NCBI GenBank assembly: GCA_041601615.1
Contig: JBFIHX010000001.1
Coordinates: 128,001 to 192,000, forward strand
DNA: 64,000 nucleotides
Direction of reading: 5' to 3'
DNA from: Thermoplasmatota archaeon
GTDB lineage: Archaea; Thermoplasmatota; E2; JACPAO01; JAHFTW01
Shown: positions 20,776 through 29,577 of the stretch, one piece after another
Layout of the letters: the number at the start of each line of letters is the position of its first letter
How positions within the stretch are numbered: position 1 is the first letter of the stretch
Notes under the pieces: generated by a model
Told to the model about the DNA's origin: nothing
What the model saw: the letters and a program-made list of their open reading frames with translations, nothing else
The model's database searches: none
Program-made: the position numbers and the translations under genes

Positions 20776-21486
20776 CTAGCTCCGGTTCTCCCAAGGCATC
20801 GATTCTACGTCCGAATCGACCCCCAAAAAGGCCTTGATGCGCGACACGGCGTTGGCATCGCGCACGTTGACAACCAAGAGCTGTTCGGGCCGGTCAGCAA
20901 AATGTCGCTGAATCTCCTTGTTGTGTTGGATGTACGAGTCCATCATTTGTGCTTGGTTGTAGAGGTCGTTTTCCGGTGGATCATACAACAGTTCATGGAT
21001 GCGCCAAGCTGCGCCGGGCCGGACGTAGGTTGCGCGCTGCAAGTCTTGTTTGGTCGGGGCATTCCCATCGACACCGAACAGCTTCGTTTGATATCGAAGG
21101 TTGGACTGGTACCACTGCTCAGGGCTGTCTCGAACGGTGAGGATGAATTTGGCTTCGGGGAACGCCGCGTCGAGCGCCTTGTAGGTTCCAGGCAGGCTAA
21201 ACGGTAGGTCTTGGAACGCCTCGCCTCGAAACCGCGCCAGTCGAATGATGCGCCGGAACTCGCCCCGTCCCCAATCCTCCATTAATTTCTCTCCGGCCGC
21301 CTGTGGCCCCATGTGGAAGCCGAATTGCCGCAGGAGTTGTTCGAGGCTCGTGGTTCCCGTCTTGTTGCGACCTATGCAGAACACCTTCCGGCTGTTTCTG
21401 AAGCGCAATGCATCCCGAGGGAGCGTGGCGGCATTGAGAACCCGGCGGGCGAATTTTCGTGCAGGCGTGGCATGAAGTAGGGTCAT
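20776..21486 (-). CDS. Sulfotransferase family protein
   Basis: FCIGRNKTGTTSL, FQDLP, FPEAKFILTVRD..W..S. Confidence 0.87.
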   Translation of the reverse strand: MTLLHATPARKFARRVLNAATLPRDALRFRNSRKVFCIGRNKTGTTSLEQLLRQFGFHMGPQAAGEKLMEDWGRGEFRRIIRLARFRGEAFQDLPFSLPGTYKALDAAFPEAKFILTVRDSPEQWYQSNLRYQTKLFGVDGNAPTKQDLQRATYVRPGAAWRIHELLYDPPENDLYNQAQMMDSYIQHNKEIQRHFADRPEQLLVVNVRDANAVSRIKAFLGVDSDVESMPWENRS

Positions 21487-21499
21487 GGATTTGGTGCTC

Positions 21500-22237
21500 C
21501 TAGCTTGCGTGTTGGCTGTGGTTCACGTGTGGCTGCAACACAGCCGTACGCCCTTTGTGTACGAAGGAATGAACTTGCTCGCGCGCATCGGGCGCATGTA
21601 CGTCAACGGAAAGGAACGCTTCCGGGCGGTCCTTGAAGTACGCAGCCACCTCGCGGTTGTGCTGTTCAAAATGGCCCACCAAAATGTCCCGATTGAAAGG
21701 GTCGTCAGCGGGCGTTTGATGGATGGTTTGATGGGCGTGCCACAGCCACCCCGGGCGATGGTAGGTAGCAGCAATCAGTTGTTCTCGCGTCGGCACAGCT
21801 CCATTTCCAAACGTCTTGGAGTAGAATTGCAGCACGGCATCATACCACGCGTTCGAGTCGCGGGTGGTGAGGATGAATTGGCTCTTCGGGAACGATTTGT
21901 CCAAGACCGCATAGACGCCGGGCAGGCGGTAGGGCAGGTCCTGAAACACATTTCCGCCTCGCCCCACGTGGTCGATGATGGCTTGGTGGTCGCCTTCAGC
22001 CCATGCGTCGACGAGCGCTTCTCCAGCCGCCTGGGCTCGGTGATTATAGCCCTCGGAGCGAAGCCATGATTCGACGGTAGAACTGCCGGTTCGATTCTTA
22101 CCAATCAAAAAAATGCGCGGAGCGTTGCTTCCGATCCTGCGGCATGGAACCGCAAATCGGTTGCCAGCCATGGTGCGAAGGCGCTTTTGCAATCGAGCAA
22201 GAATGGACAATGTGGTGTCGTTTCTCGTCGAGTTCAC
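21500..22237 (-). CDS. Sulfotransferase family protein (paralog of 20776-21486)
   Basis: FLIGKNRTGSST, FQDLP, FPKSQFILTTRD..W. Confidence 0.83.
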   Translation of the reverse strand: MNSTRNDTTLSILARLQKRLRTMAGNRFAVPCRRIGSNAPRIFLIGKNRTGSSTVESWLRSEGYNHRAQAAGEALVDAWAEGDHQAIIDHVGRGGNVFQDLPYRLPGVYAVLDKSFPKSQFILTTRDSNAWYDAVLQFYSKTFGNGAVPTREQLIAATYHRPGWLWHAHQTIHQTPADDPFNRDILVGHFEQHNREVAAYFKDRPEAFLSVDVHAPDAREQVHSFVHKGRTAVLQPHVNHSQHAS

Positions 22238-23376
22238 GGCGCAACCCCGCTTGGCGCGGGTGCTGGTGCACCTACCGAATCTTCGGCCGATTCCAAAAGT
22301 GCTGCCCGGAGAATCTTGACAATGCGCTCAACTTGTTCGTCTTCCAAGCCCACATAGAGGGGCAGGCAAAGGATGGTGCGCGACACCTCGTGGGACACGG
22401 GTGCGTGGGCAGCCGGCAGGTACGCAACCTCGTCCAGGGACGGGTAAAAGTAGCGCCGGGACTCGATGCCTTCCTTCCGCAAGCGCTCCATGCAGGCAAG
22501 CAAACTTGCTTCGTTTGCAAACAGCACCGGCATGTAGGCGTGGTTCCAAGTCGTGCCTTCTCGGATTTTTGGATAACGAAGACCGGAACCCGTCAGCAAT
22601 TCGTGGTAGAGGGCAACGAGTCGGCGGCGCTCCTCCCGGATTCGGGGAAACTCGTCAAGAACCGCTAGTCCCATCGCCGCGTGGGGTTCGGACATTTTGG
22701 CGTTGATGCCGGGTCCATCAAAGGAATCGGGGCCGATCTGGCCAAAGGATACCGCGGGCCGCAGTCGAGTTTTCAAGGACTCATCAGGGACAAACATGGC
22801 GCCGCCTTCTGCCGTGTGAAACAGTTTCGTGGCGTGGAAGCTACAGGTGCTGACATCGCCGTACTCGAATAGCGAGCGCCCCTTGTATTCCACGCCGAAA
22901 CAGTGCGCCGCATCATAGAGGACGAACAGGTTGTGGCGCCGCGCAATGTCTTCGATTGCTTCGATGGCGCTGGGATTTCCAAAGACGTGGGTGGCGAGGA
23001 TTGCCGTAGTTTGGGGCGTAATGGCTGCCTCAATCAGGGTCTCGTCTATGGTAAGATGCTCTGGGTCGATGTCTACGAATACCGGAGTGCAACCTTCCCA
23101 CGCTATGCTCGAAGCCGTTGCAATGAAACTGAACGGCGTGGTGATGACCTCGCCTCGCCCAGCCAAGCGATTCAAAGCGATTTGCAGCGGCACCGTGCCG
23201 TTGCAAGTAAGAACCGGTTCCGAGGAACGCAGTGCCACGGCAATACGTTCCGTGAGGCGGCGGACCAAGGGCCCTTGGTTGGTGAGCCAAGCAGCATCCC
23301 ACGCGGATTGGATGTGTTGCGTGTACGCCTCCAAGGAAGGCATGAAGGGCTTGGTGACTGGAATGACTGAAGCCAC
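22234..23376 (-). CDS. DegT/DnrJ/StrS PLP aminotransferase, VioA-like
   Basis: IPVTKP, TTPFSFIAT, YDAAHCFG, SFHATKLFHTAEGG (PLP Lys), NAKMSE, RRYFYP, LCLPLY. Confidence 0.92.
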   Translation of the reverse strand: MASVIPVTKPFMPSLEAYTQHIQSAWDAAWLTNQGPLVRRLTERIAVALRSSEPVLTCNGTVPLQIALNRLAGRGEVITTPFSFIATASSIAWEGCTPVFVDIDPEHLTIDETLIEAAITPQTTAILATHVFGNPSAIEAIEDIARRHNLFVLYDAAHCFGVEYKGRSLFEYGDVSTCSFHATKLFHTAEGGAMFVPDESLKTRLRPAVSFGQIGPDSFDGPGINAKMSEPHAAMGLAVLDEFPRIREERRRLVALYHELLTGSGLRYPKIREGTTWNHAYMPVLFANEASLLACMERLRKEGIESRRYFYPSLDEVAYLPAAHAPVSHEVSRTILCLPLYVGLEDEQVERIVKILRAALLESAEDSVGAPAPAPSGVAP

Positions 23377-23393
23377 GATTCTCCTTCGATTCT

Positions 23394-24323
23394 CTACGAC
23401 GCACCCACGATAGCAGTTGCGGAGCTAGGGTGGTCGAACAGTCGAATGCGAAGCAAGTGCCGGTTCGGGTCCGTAAAGGCGCTCCTGCCGTGCAGGGTTG
23501 TCTTGTTGTTGATGAAGATCAAGTCCCCGGTTTTCAGGTGAAACTGGATGGTGGATTCGCATTCCAAGATGATTTTCTTGAGCGATTCAAACGCCTCCAC
23601 CTGTTCTTTGGTGACAAAGTCCGGTCGGCTCGCGATGGCTTTGGCGATGGTGTCGACGCGGAAGCGAATGCCTGCATCTGTGAGAATCGGGCCGTGGTTG
23701 AACTCGTGCGTCTGGGTCGCATTTGTATTGAAAACGTTGGGAACCACGAATGGGAAGTCCGTGGTGCGCAAGATTTCCTCGATGCGGGCGCCGTCGGGTT
23801 GGGCCCGAAGTTTGCAAAGAATGTCGTGCAAATGCAGGAGTTGGGATGCTCCGCCGCCGCATTGGGCGGGGCGCAGGGTCATCAATGCGAAGGAATCCTC
23901 TGGGCGTGCACTGTATTGGCTGTCCGTATGTAGATCAGCATCGTGGTTGTGCTCCGAGTAGGTTTTGATGAGGTTGTCGGAGCTGGCGTTCATTCGGATG
24001 TCCCAGACGATTTTATCACCGACATGGGGCGCGGGAGTACCGACGCGGGCGCACAGGTTCTCAAACGCAGCGCGGAGGCTGGCCTCATTTTCGTAGGCAG
24101 CGTCGAAATGTTCCAGGATGATGTGCCCTTCGTCTCGAAGCGCTTCTTGGACCAGCGGGGCAAGGTCGGCTGGGCTGCATTGATAGGTGCGAGCGTCACA
24201 CGTCAGGAGGCTCGTTCGGGCGCTATCATGACTCCCCCGAGCCGGCTCCTGGTGCTCCGTGCCGGATGGGTCCGGAGGCGCGCCTGAGCCTGTGCATGAT
24301 TCCACGAAATTTTCACTCTGCAT
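23394..24323 (-). CDS. TauD/TfdA (clavaminate synthase-like) Fe(II)/2OG dioxygenase
   Basis: LHTDSQY (HxD), GGAS, GDLIFINN...LHGR...RHLLR. Confidence 0.88.
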   Translation of the reverse strand: MQSENFVESCTGSGAPPDPSGTEHQEPARGSHDSARTSLLTCDARTYQCSPADLAPLVQEALRDEGHIILEHFDAAYENEASLRAAFENLCARVGTPAPHVGDKIVWDIRMNASSDNLIKTYSEHNHDADLHTDSQYSARPEDSFALMTLRPAQCGGGASQLLHLHDILCKLRAQPDGARIEEILRTTDFPFVVPNVFNTNATQTHEFNHGPILTDAGIRFRVDTIAKAIASRPDFVTKEQVEAFESLKKIILECESTIQFHLKTGDLIFINNKTTLHGRSAFTDPNRHLLRIRLFDHPSSATAIVGAS

Positions 24324-24637
24324 TTTGTAATAACCGTTGCGGAGCCCCGGGCCAGTACCAAGGTTCGCCGAGGGGGTTTTTCAGCCATTGATTGGAGCCT
24401 TTTTCCGAGCCCTGTGCATTCAAATTTCCAAGGCGACGCAATGCCGCGATGCTGCTGCACATGGCCCAAAATCCCCCTACGCAAAATTCGCCAAAACAGG
24501 CATTCATGGTCGCCACCGGAACCCCAACAGCCATAATGGGACCCCTCGTGGGACGAAATGTGTCATCCCCCATGGTCTCGGCAATCCCCACCGGACATGC
24601 CGACCTTCAACACGATTCGCAGCGAAAAATGGAGCTT

Positions 24638-26269
24638 ATGTCTCTCGTTTCTTCCATGCAATCATGGGACCTAACGGAGCGTCAGCTCTGCGACATTGAG
24701 ATGATTCTCAACGGTGCATTCGCGCCTCTTACCGGATTCCTCAACAAGGACGATTACGAGTCTGTGTGTGCAAACATGCGCCTTGCCGACGGCAGCCTAT
24801 GGCCCATGCCGATTACGCTGGACGTACCGGAAACCTTCGAGGCCGCAGTGGGTGACCGCGTTGCTCTGCGCAACCCCGAGGGCGCCGTGGTCGCCATTTT
24901 GACCGTGGGAAGCCGCTGGAGCCCGGACAAGCAAGCCGAGGCTCAGCAAGTGTTCGGAACCACCGACACCACGCACCCCGCCGTTGCCTACCTCATGAAC
25001 AAGGCCGGCGCCGTGTACCTCGGCGGCAGCCTCGAACTGATGGAGGGCATCCGCCACCACACGTTCCAACGCGACCGCCACACCCCCGCCCAAATGCGCG
25101 CCCTCATCCAAGAGATGGGATGGCAAAAGGTCGTCTGCTTCCAGACACGCAACCCCCTGCACCGCGCCCACTTTGAAATCACCCAACGCGCCGCCCGCAA
25201 GGAAGGCGCCGCCTTCGTGCTCAACCCCGTAGTGGGTATGACCAAGCCCGGTGACGTGGAGGCCTACAGCCGCGTGCGCTGCTACCGCGCCGTCATGAAC
25301 CGCTACGACCAGTCCACCAGTGTCCTGAGCCTGCTGCCGCTGGCCATGCGCATGGGCGGCCCCCGTGAGGCGGTCTGGCACGGCCTCATTCGCCGCAACT
25401 ACGGCTTTACCCACTTCATCGTCGGCCGCGACCACGCTGGCCCCGGCAACGACGCCAACGGCGAGCCTTTCTACGGCCCCTATGACGCCCAGGAACTGTT
25501 TGCGACCCACGAGGCAGAAATCGGCCTCAAAATGGTGGACTTCCAATTCATGGTCTACGTGGAGGACCGCGACCAGTACATGACCGTCGATGAGGTGCCC
25601 GAGGGCGCCAAGACCCTGAACATCAGCGGCACCGAGCTGCGTCGCCGACTGCGCGAAGGCGCGGAGATTCCGTCCTGGTTCAGTTTCCCCGAAGTCGTCG
25701 AAGAACTGCGCCGAGAATTCCCGCCGATGTCCCAGCGCGGCGTGACCATCCTGTTTACGGGCCTGTCTGGCTCCGGCAAATCAACGGTGGCCCAGACGCT
25801 CATGGCCAAACTCTTGGAGGAAGGCAGCCGCCCCGTGACGCTCCTCGACGGGGACGTGGTGCGCAAGAACCTCAGCAGCGAACTGGGTTTCTCCAAGGAA
25901 CACCGCGACCTCAACATCCAGCGCATCGGCTACGTGGCCAGTGAAATCTGCAAGAACCGCGGCATCGCGATTTGCGCCCCCATCGCGCCGTACGACTCCA
26001 CGCGCAAGAGTGTCCGTGCGGCCAACGAGGCCGTCGGTGGTTTCGTGCTGGTGCACGTAGCGACTCCTCTCGAAACGTGCGAGGCGCGCGACCGCAAGGG
26101 CCTCTACAAGTTGGCCCGCGACGGAAAGATCAAGGAATTTACCGGCATCAGCGACCCGTATGAGGTTCCTGAGGATGCCGACGTGGTCCTAGACACGACC
26201 CACAGCACGCCCGAGGATGCGGCGCAGGAAATCTATCTGCACCTTCGGTCGAAGGGCTACATCCAGTAG
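24638..26269 (+). CDS. sat/cysC: Bifunctional sulfate adenylyltransferase / adenylylsulfate kinase (PAPS synthase)
   Basis: FQTRNPLHRAH, GRDHAG, ISGT; C-terminal GLSGSGKST, LDGDVVR, RDRKGLY, FTGISDPYE; start 24629 or 24638. Confidence 0.96.
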   Translation: MSLVSSMQSWDLTERQLCDIEMILNGAFAPLTGFLNKDDYESVCANMRLADGSLWPMPITLDVPETFEAAVGDRVALRNPEGAVVAILTVGSRWSPDKQAEAQQVFGTTDTTHPAVAYLMNKAGAVYLGGSLELMEGIRHHTFQRDRHTPAQMRALIQEMGWQKVVCFQTRNPLHRAHFEITQRAARKEGAAFVLNPVVGMTKPGDVEAYSRVRCYRAVMNRYDQSTSVLSLLPLAMRMGGPREAVWHGLIRRNYGFTHFIVGRDHAGPGNDANGEPFYGPYDAQELFATHEAEIGLKMVDFQFMVYVEDRDQYMTVDEVPEGAKTLNISGTELRRRLREGAEIPSWFSFPEVVEELRREFPPMSQRGVTILFTGLSGSGKSTVAQTLMAKLLEEGSRPVTLLDGDVVRKNLSSELGFSKEHRDLNIQRIGYVASEICKNRGIAICAPIAPYDSTRKSVRAANEAVGGFVLVHVATPLETCEARDRKGLYKLARDGKIKEFTGISDPYEVPEDADVVLDTTHSTPEDAAQEIYLHLRSKGYIQ

Positions 26270-26393
26270 GACAAGGAGCCTATTGAGTCTGGGGTCCGGT
26301 GTTGCACTGGGCCCCGGGCTACCTTTTTCATTTGCTTGCCCGAAGGCAAACCTAGGGCCGCCCAACGCCTCGGCTGCCGTGCCTTTAGAGGCT

Positions 26394-27218
26394 TCAGGCC
26401 AGGACTTGGACCGTAAGTTCCGATGCAACTTCTGCCATGACACGTTCCTTGCCAGCGATGTACGTTTGAAGAATCGATGCGACATCGTAGTCTTCTAGCG
26501 AGGCGCCGCTGGCCGCCACCCAGTGACCAATGGCGTCGATGGCGTGGAAGAAGTGGTTGCGTTCCGTCGGGCCTGTGTGTACTTTGATCCAGGCGAGCGA
26601 CGACGCGGGGACCTCGGGGTAGTGGGCCGCAAGCCAATCCGAAAACAGGCCCCAAATGAATTCCACCTCTCCGTGGGTGTAAATTTCATGGCAAAGGGTC
26701 GTTAGGAGACCCACGAGAATATCGGGGTCTTGGAGGGAATTGTGGTCCTTCCAACCCTTGAACGACTTGGCACTTTCTCGAAGGTGTGCCCGCGATTGCC
26801 ACTGGTCATCTCCCGTGATCTGGGTGGCCATGCGGTAGAAGAGCTCGGAGTGTAGAATGTTGCCCACTACGGCTAGGTCCTCGTCCACGATGCGGTTGAG
26901 GCTCGCCACAGAGCGCGCTAGGTGGGCATGGTCTACGGAGTCGTCTCCTTGGTGGATGAGCATGGTGCATCGGTTGCTCAATCCGGCCACCGTCACCGCG
27001 CTGTTGTTTGTGAGGGCCCAGTTGTGGAAGAACACTCGCAGCGCTTCCGGGGATTGGCGCTTCGAAGTGAGCTGACGGAAGGATTCGCAGATGCGATCCA
27101 GGCGCGGTTCGTCCTCCCGGACCTGCTGAATCAGGCGGTCGCGCAGACCCCCCGGCGGCATCCCTTCAAGGACAAGTAGGACGGCGTCGGAAATCGACTC
27201 AGGGCGCAAGTCACGCAT
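26394..27218 (-). CDS. Putative heme-oxygenase-like diiron oxidase/oxygenase (HDO, CADD/UndA-like fold)
   Basis: Helical protein with ordered candidate ligands DEDL-x6-H, HEIYTHGE and WIKVH-x4-E-x2-H; TTTATCT about 25 nt upstream supports this start. Confidence 0.6.
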   Translation of the reverse strand: MRDLRPESISDAVLLVLEGMPPGGLRDRLIQQVREDEPRLDRICESFRQLTSKRQSPEALRVFFHNWALTNNSAVTVAGLSNRCTMLIHQGDDSVDHAHLARSVASLNRIVDEDLAVVGNILHSELFYRMATQITGDDQWQSRAHLRESAKSFKGWKDHNSLQDPDILVGLLTTLCHEIYTHGEVEFIWGLFSDWLAAHYPEVPASSLAWIKVHTGPTERNHFFHAIDAIGHWVAASGASLEDYDVASILQTYIAGKERVMAEVASELTVQVLA

Positions 27219-27276
27219 ATGGGAATCCAAGTTCCGGGGTAGATAAACCATCCTGAATTGCAATTGCGTCAACCGC

Positions 27277-28191
27277 TTACCAGAGTGGCCCACGGCCCAA
27301 AAACTCGAACAAGCGGGCATCGGGTTCGGCAAAGAATGCGCGCAATCGTACCTCGGTTTCCTTGGGCATTGGCTCTGCGTACGGACGTGCGTGGACTTGC
27401 GGGAATTGCTGGGCTGCCCAATCCATCGGTTGCAATCCCAAAAAGTTCGTCACTTCGTCCATGACGCCTGCTGCGTTGTGGCGCATATCGGCCATGTGGA
27501 TTACATGCAATTGATCGCGGGGAAAGTATTCCAGGTACCGTTGAATCTGCTCAAGGTACAAGCCTCGTCGTAGGAAACTTGGTTCCGCCGGCGGATTGGA
27601 CGTTTCCATCAATGCCATTTCCTCCTCCACTGCGTCCGCAAACGAAGGTAATTCGCCTCCGAGCAATCGTCGCACCCATGCAGCGGAGTCGTGGTTCAAT
27701 CGGTCCATGAGCATCGCCAGATCGGCCCTCCCGTGGCGCGTCTCATTGAGATTCCGATACATGTTCCACTGGGAGTAGGCCCGTTTGACCGGATCTCGGA
27801 CCATGGCAATCAAGCGCGTCGAGGGATCGTATTCGTGGATGCGAGCGGGGACGGCCTGGCCGTACAAGTGTGCGGACGTAGCGTCGATGGCGATGCCATT
27901 TTTTGGCATTTGAAACGGCAGCGGAAACCGGGCGTGGTACCCTGCCAAGCCCTTGGCGTATCGCGCATCCACGTTGAAGTGGTTCAATTCTTTCCGGTCG
28001 GCCAATCGAACCTGTGGGTGACGGTTTAGGTAGGCGGCGATGGCAGAGGTGCCCGACTTTTGTGCGCCAAGAATCATGACGCTTGGGCAAACGTGGTACC
28101 CGAGCCGGCTTGTCACCTGCCCGACGGCTGTGCGCGATTTGAGGTACGATTGCCTCGTGAAGTGTTGAATTCGTTTGATTCCGTATGCCAT
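27277..28191 (-). CDS. PAPS-dependent sulfotransferase (heparan-sulfate sulfotransferase-like; paralog of 14532-15395)
   Basis: GAQKSGTS, KELNHF, VRDPVKRAYSQW, RGLYLEQIQRY. Confidence 0.9.
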   Translation of the reverse strand: MAYGIKRIQHFTRQSYLKSRTAVGQVTSRLGYHVCPSVMILGAQKSGTSAIAAYLNRHPQVRLADRKELNHFNVDARYAKGLAGYHARFPLPFQMPKNGIAIDATSAHLYGQAVPARIHEYDPSTRLIAMVRDPVKRAYSQWNMYRNLNETRHGRADLAMLMDRLNHDSAAWVRRLLGGELPSFADAVEEEMALMETSNPPAEPSFLRRGLYLEQIQRYLEYFPRDQLHVIHMADMRHNAAGVMDEVTNFLGLQPMDWAAQQFPQVHARPYAEPMPKETEVRLRAFFAEPDARLFEFLGRGPLW

Positions 28192-28296
28192 GCAATCGTG
28201 TCCCTGCTACTTCTTGCCCGCCGCTCGGCGTGCTAGTGGCCCAGGGGCTTTAGACTCGCGGGTAGGTCATAGGGCATAAATTGTGCTTCCCGGTGG

Positions 28297-29553
28297 ATGC
28301 TTCTCATCGTGCAAGACAGCTCGGCGCGTGGCGATAAGAATCGATTCGTGGATGCCTTGAAATCCCCCGTTCGGCAGAGGGCGGACAACTTCACGCCGTG
28401 GACGTTCGAGGAGCCCCTTTGGATCCGCAAGAGTACGGATCAAGATTTTGCGCGTTTGCAGACGCTCATGGTCCGCTTGATTCGCAGGCTTGTCCAAGAC
28501 TATCGAAGCTATGCACACATCATGCCCCTTGATGAGCGGGTGCAAGCGATTCTTGATTTGTGGGAGCCTCGACCCTACCGCGTCGGCACCTACCGGACCG
28601 ACTTCGTCATTGATCGCGGAGGACAGGCCCGGATCATCGAGATTACTTGCCGCTATGCCCTGAATGGCAATTCCACGACTCTTGTCATGAACGAAATGGG
28701 TCGACGGTTTCGTGCGTCGCGGGGAGACTTCGAGGCGCCACAGGATCGCTCGGAACCGCTTCTGCGTCGGTTGTGCTCGTTGCTGGATGGGGTGCGCAAA
28801 TTCTGCATCCTCCAAGGAGCCGATGACCGAAACGACTCCAAGTTGCTCTTGGAACCTTTGCGGGCGGCGGGGTACGAAGTGGAAGTAATTCCGTGTGCGA
28901 TGATTCCGTCGCGCATCGACGATTTGGATCAGGAGGATTGTCTCGTGGTTAGCGAACTGGCCGTGTCGGAGATCGTGGGCTTGGGCATCGAGGTGAACCG
29001 ACGACTGGCACGAATGAACGTCATCAACGACTACCGCACGGTAATTCTCATTCATGACAAGCGGTTCTTTGCCGTGATGGGGGATCCGGAGTTCCTGGCT
29101 TCGGAGCTCAATGACGAGGAGACGGCGTTCTTTCGCAGATTCTACATTCCAACCTTCAGCGCTACGCAACGCCCCGACTTGTGGAAGCAAGCGCCGGAGG
29201 AGAAGGATCGTTGGATTGCCAAGCATCGCAATTTGGGCATGAGCCAGCGGTTGCTAGCCGGCCCCGTGGCAACTCCAGAGGAATGGCGGGCGTTTCTGGC
29301 AGCCGACGATGCTCGAGACTTGACCTTGCAAGCGTGGGTGGAGACCCTGCGCGTCGAGTCCAGGTTGGGCGACGAGGAGCGGTCCGACTATCTTGTCGGG
29401 ACGTTCATGTTCTTTGACGACGAGTACTTCGGCCTCGGCCCTTTCCGACTGTCTAGTTTTCCCGTGACCAACCTTGCCGACGACCGCAAGGCGTTCGGCA
29501 TGGTCGGCGACGCCCAACCTCCAGAAGGCGTGCATCCGATCCTGATGGTGTAG
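28297..29553 (+). CDS. ATP-grasp-like ligase B (paralog of 16356-17579)
   Basis: YRTDF...IIEIT, INDYRTVILIHDKRFF, WIAKHRNLGMS, LQAWVE, FRLSSFPVTN. Confidence 0.7.
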   Translation: MLLIVQDSSARGDKNRFVDALKSPVRQRADNFTPWTFEEPLWIRKSTDQDFARLQTLMVRLIRRLVQDYRSYAHIMPLDERVQAILDLWEPRPYRVGTYRTDFVIDRGGQARIIEITCRYALNGNSTTLVMNEMGRRFRASRGDFEAPQDRSEPLLRRLCSLLDGVRKFCILQGADDRNDSKLLLEPLRAAGYEVEVIPCAMIPSRIDDLDQEDCLVVSELAVSEIVGLGIEVNRRLARMNVINDYRTVILIHDKRFFAVMGDPEFLASELNDEETAFFRRFYIPTFSATQRPDLWKQAPEEKDRWIAKHRNLGMSQRLLAGPVATPEEWRAFLAADDARDLTLQAWVETLRVESRLGDEERSDYLVGTFMFFDDEYFGLGPFRLSSFPVTNLADDRKAFGMVGDAQPPEGVHPILMV

Positions 29554-29577
29554 GCGAAAGCAGCGTCGACTTGCGTC

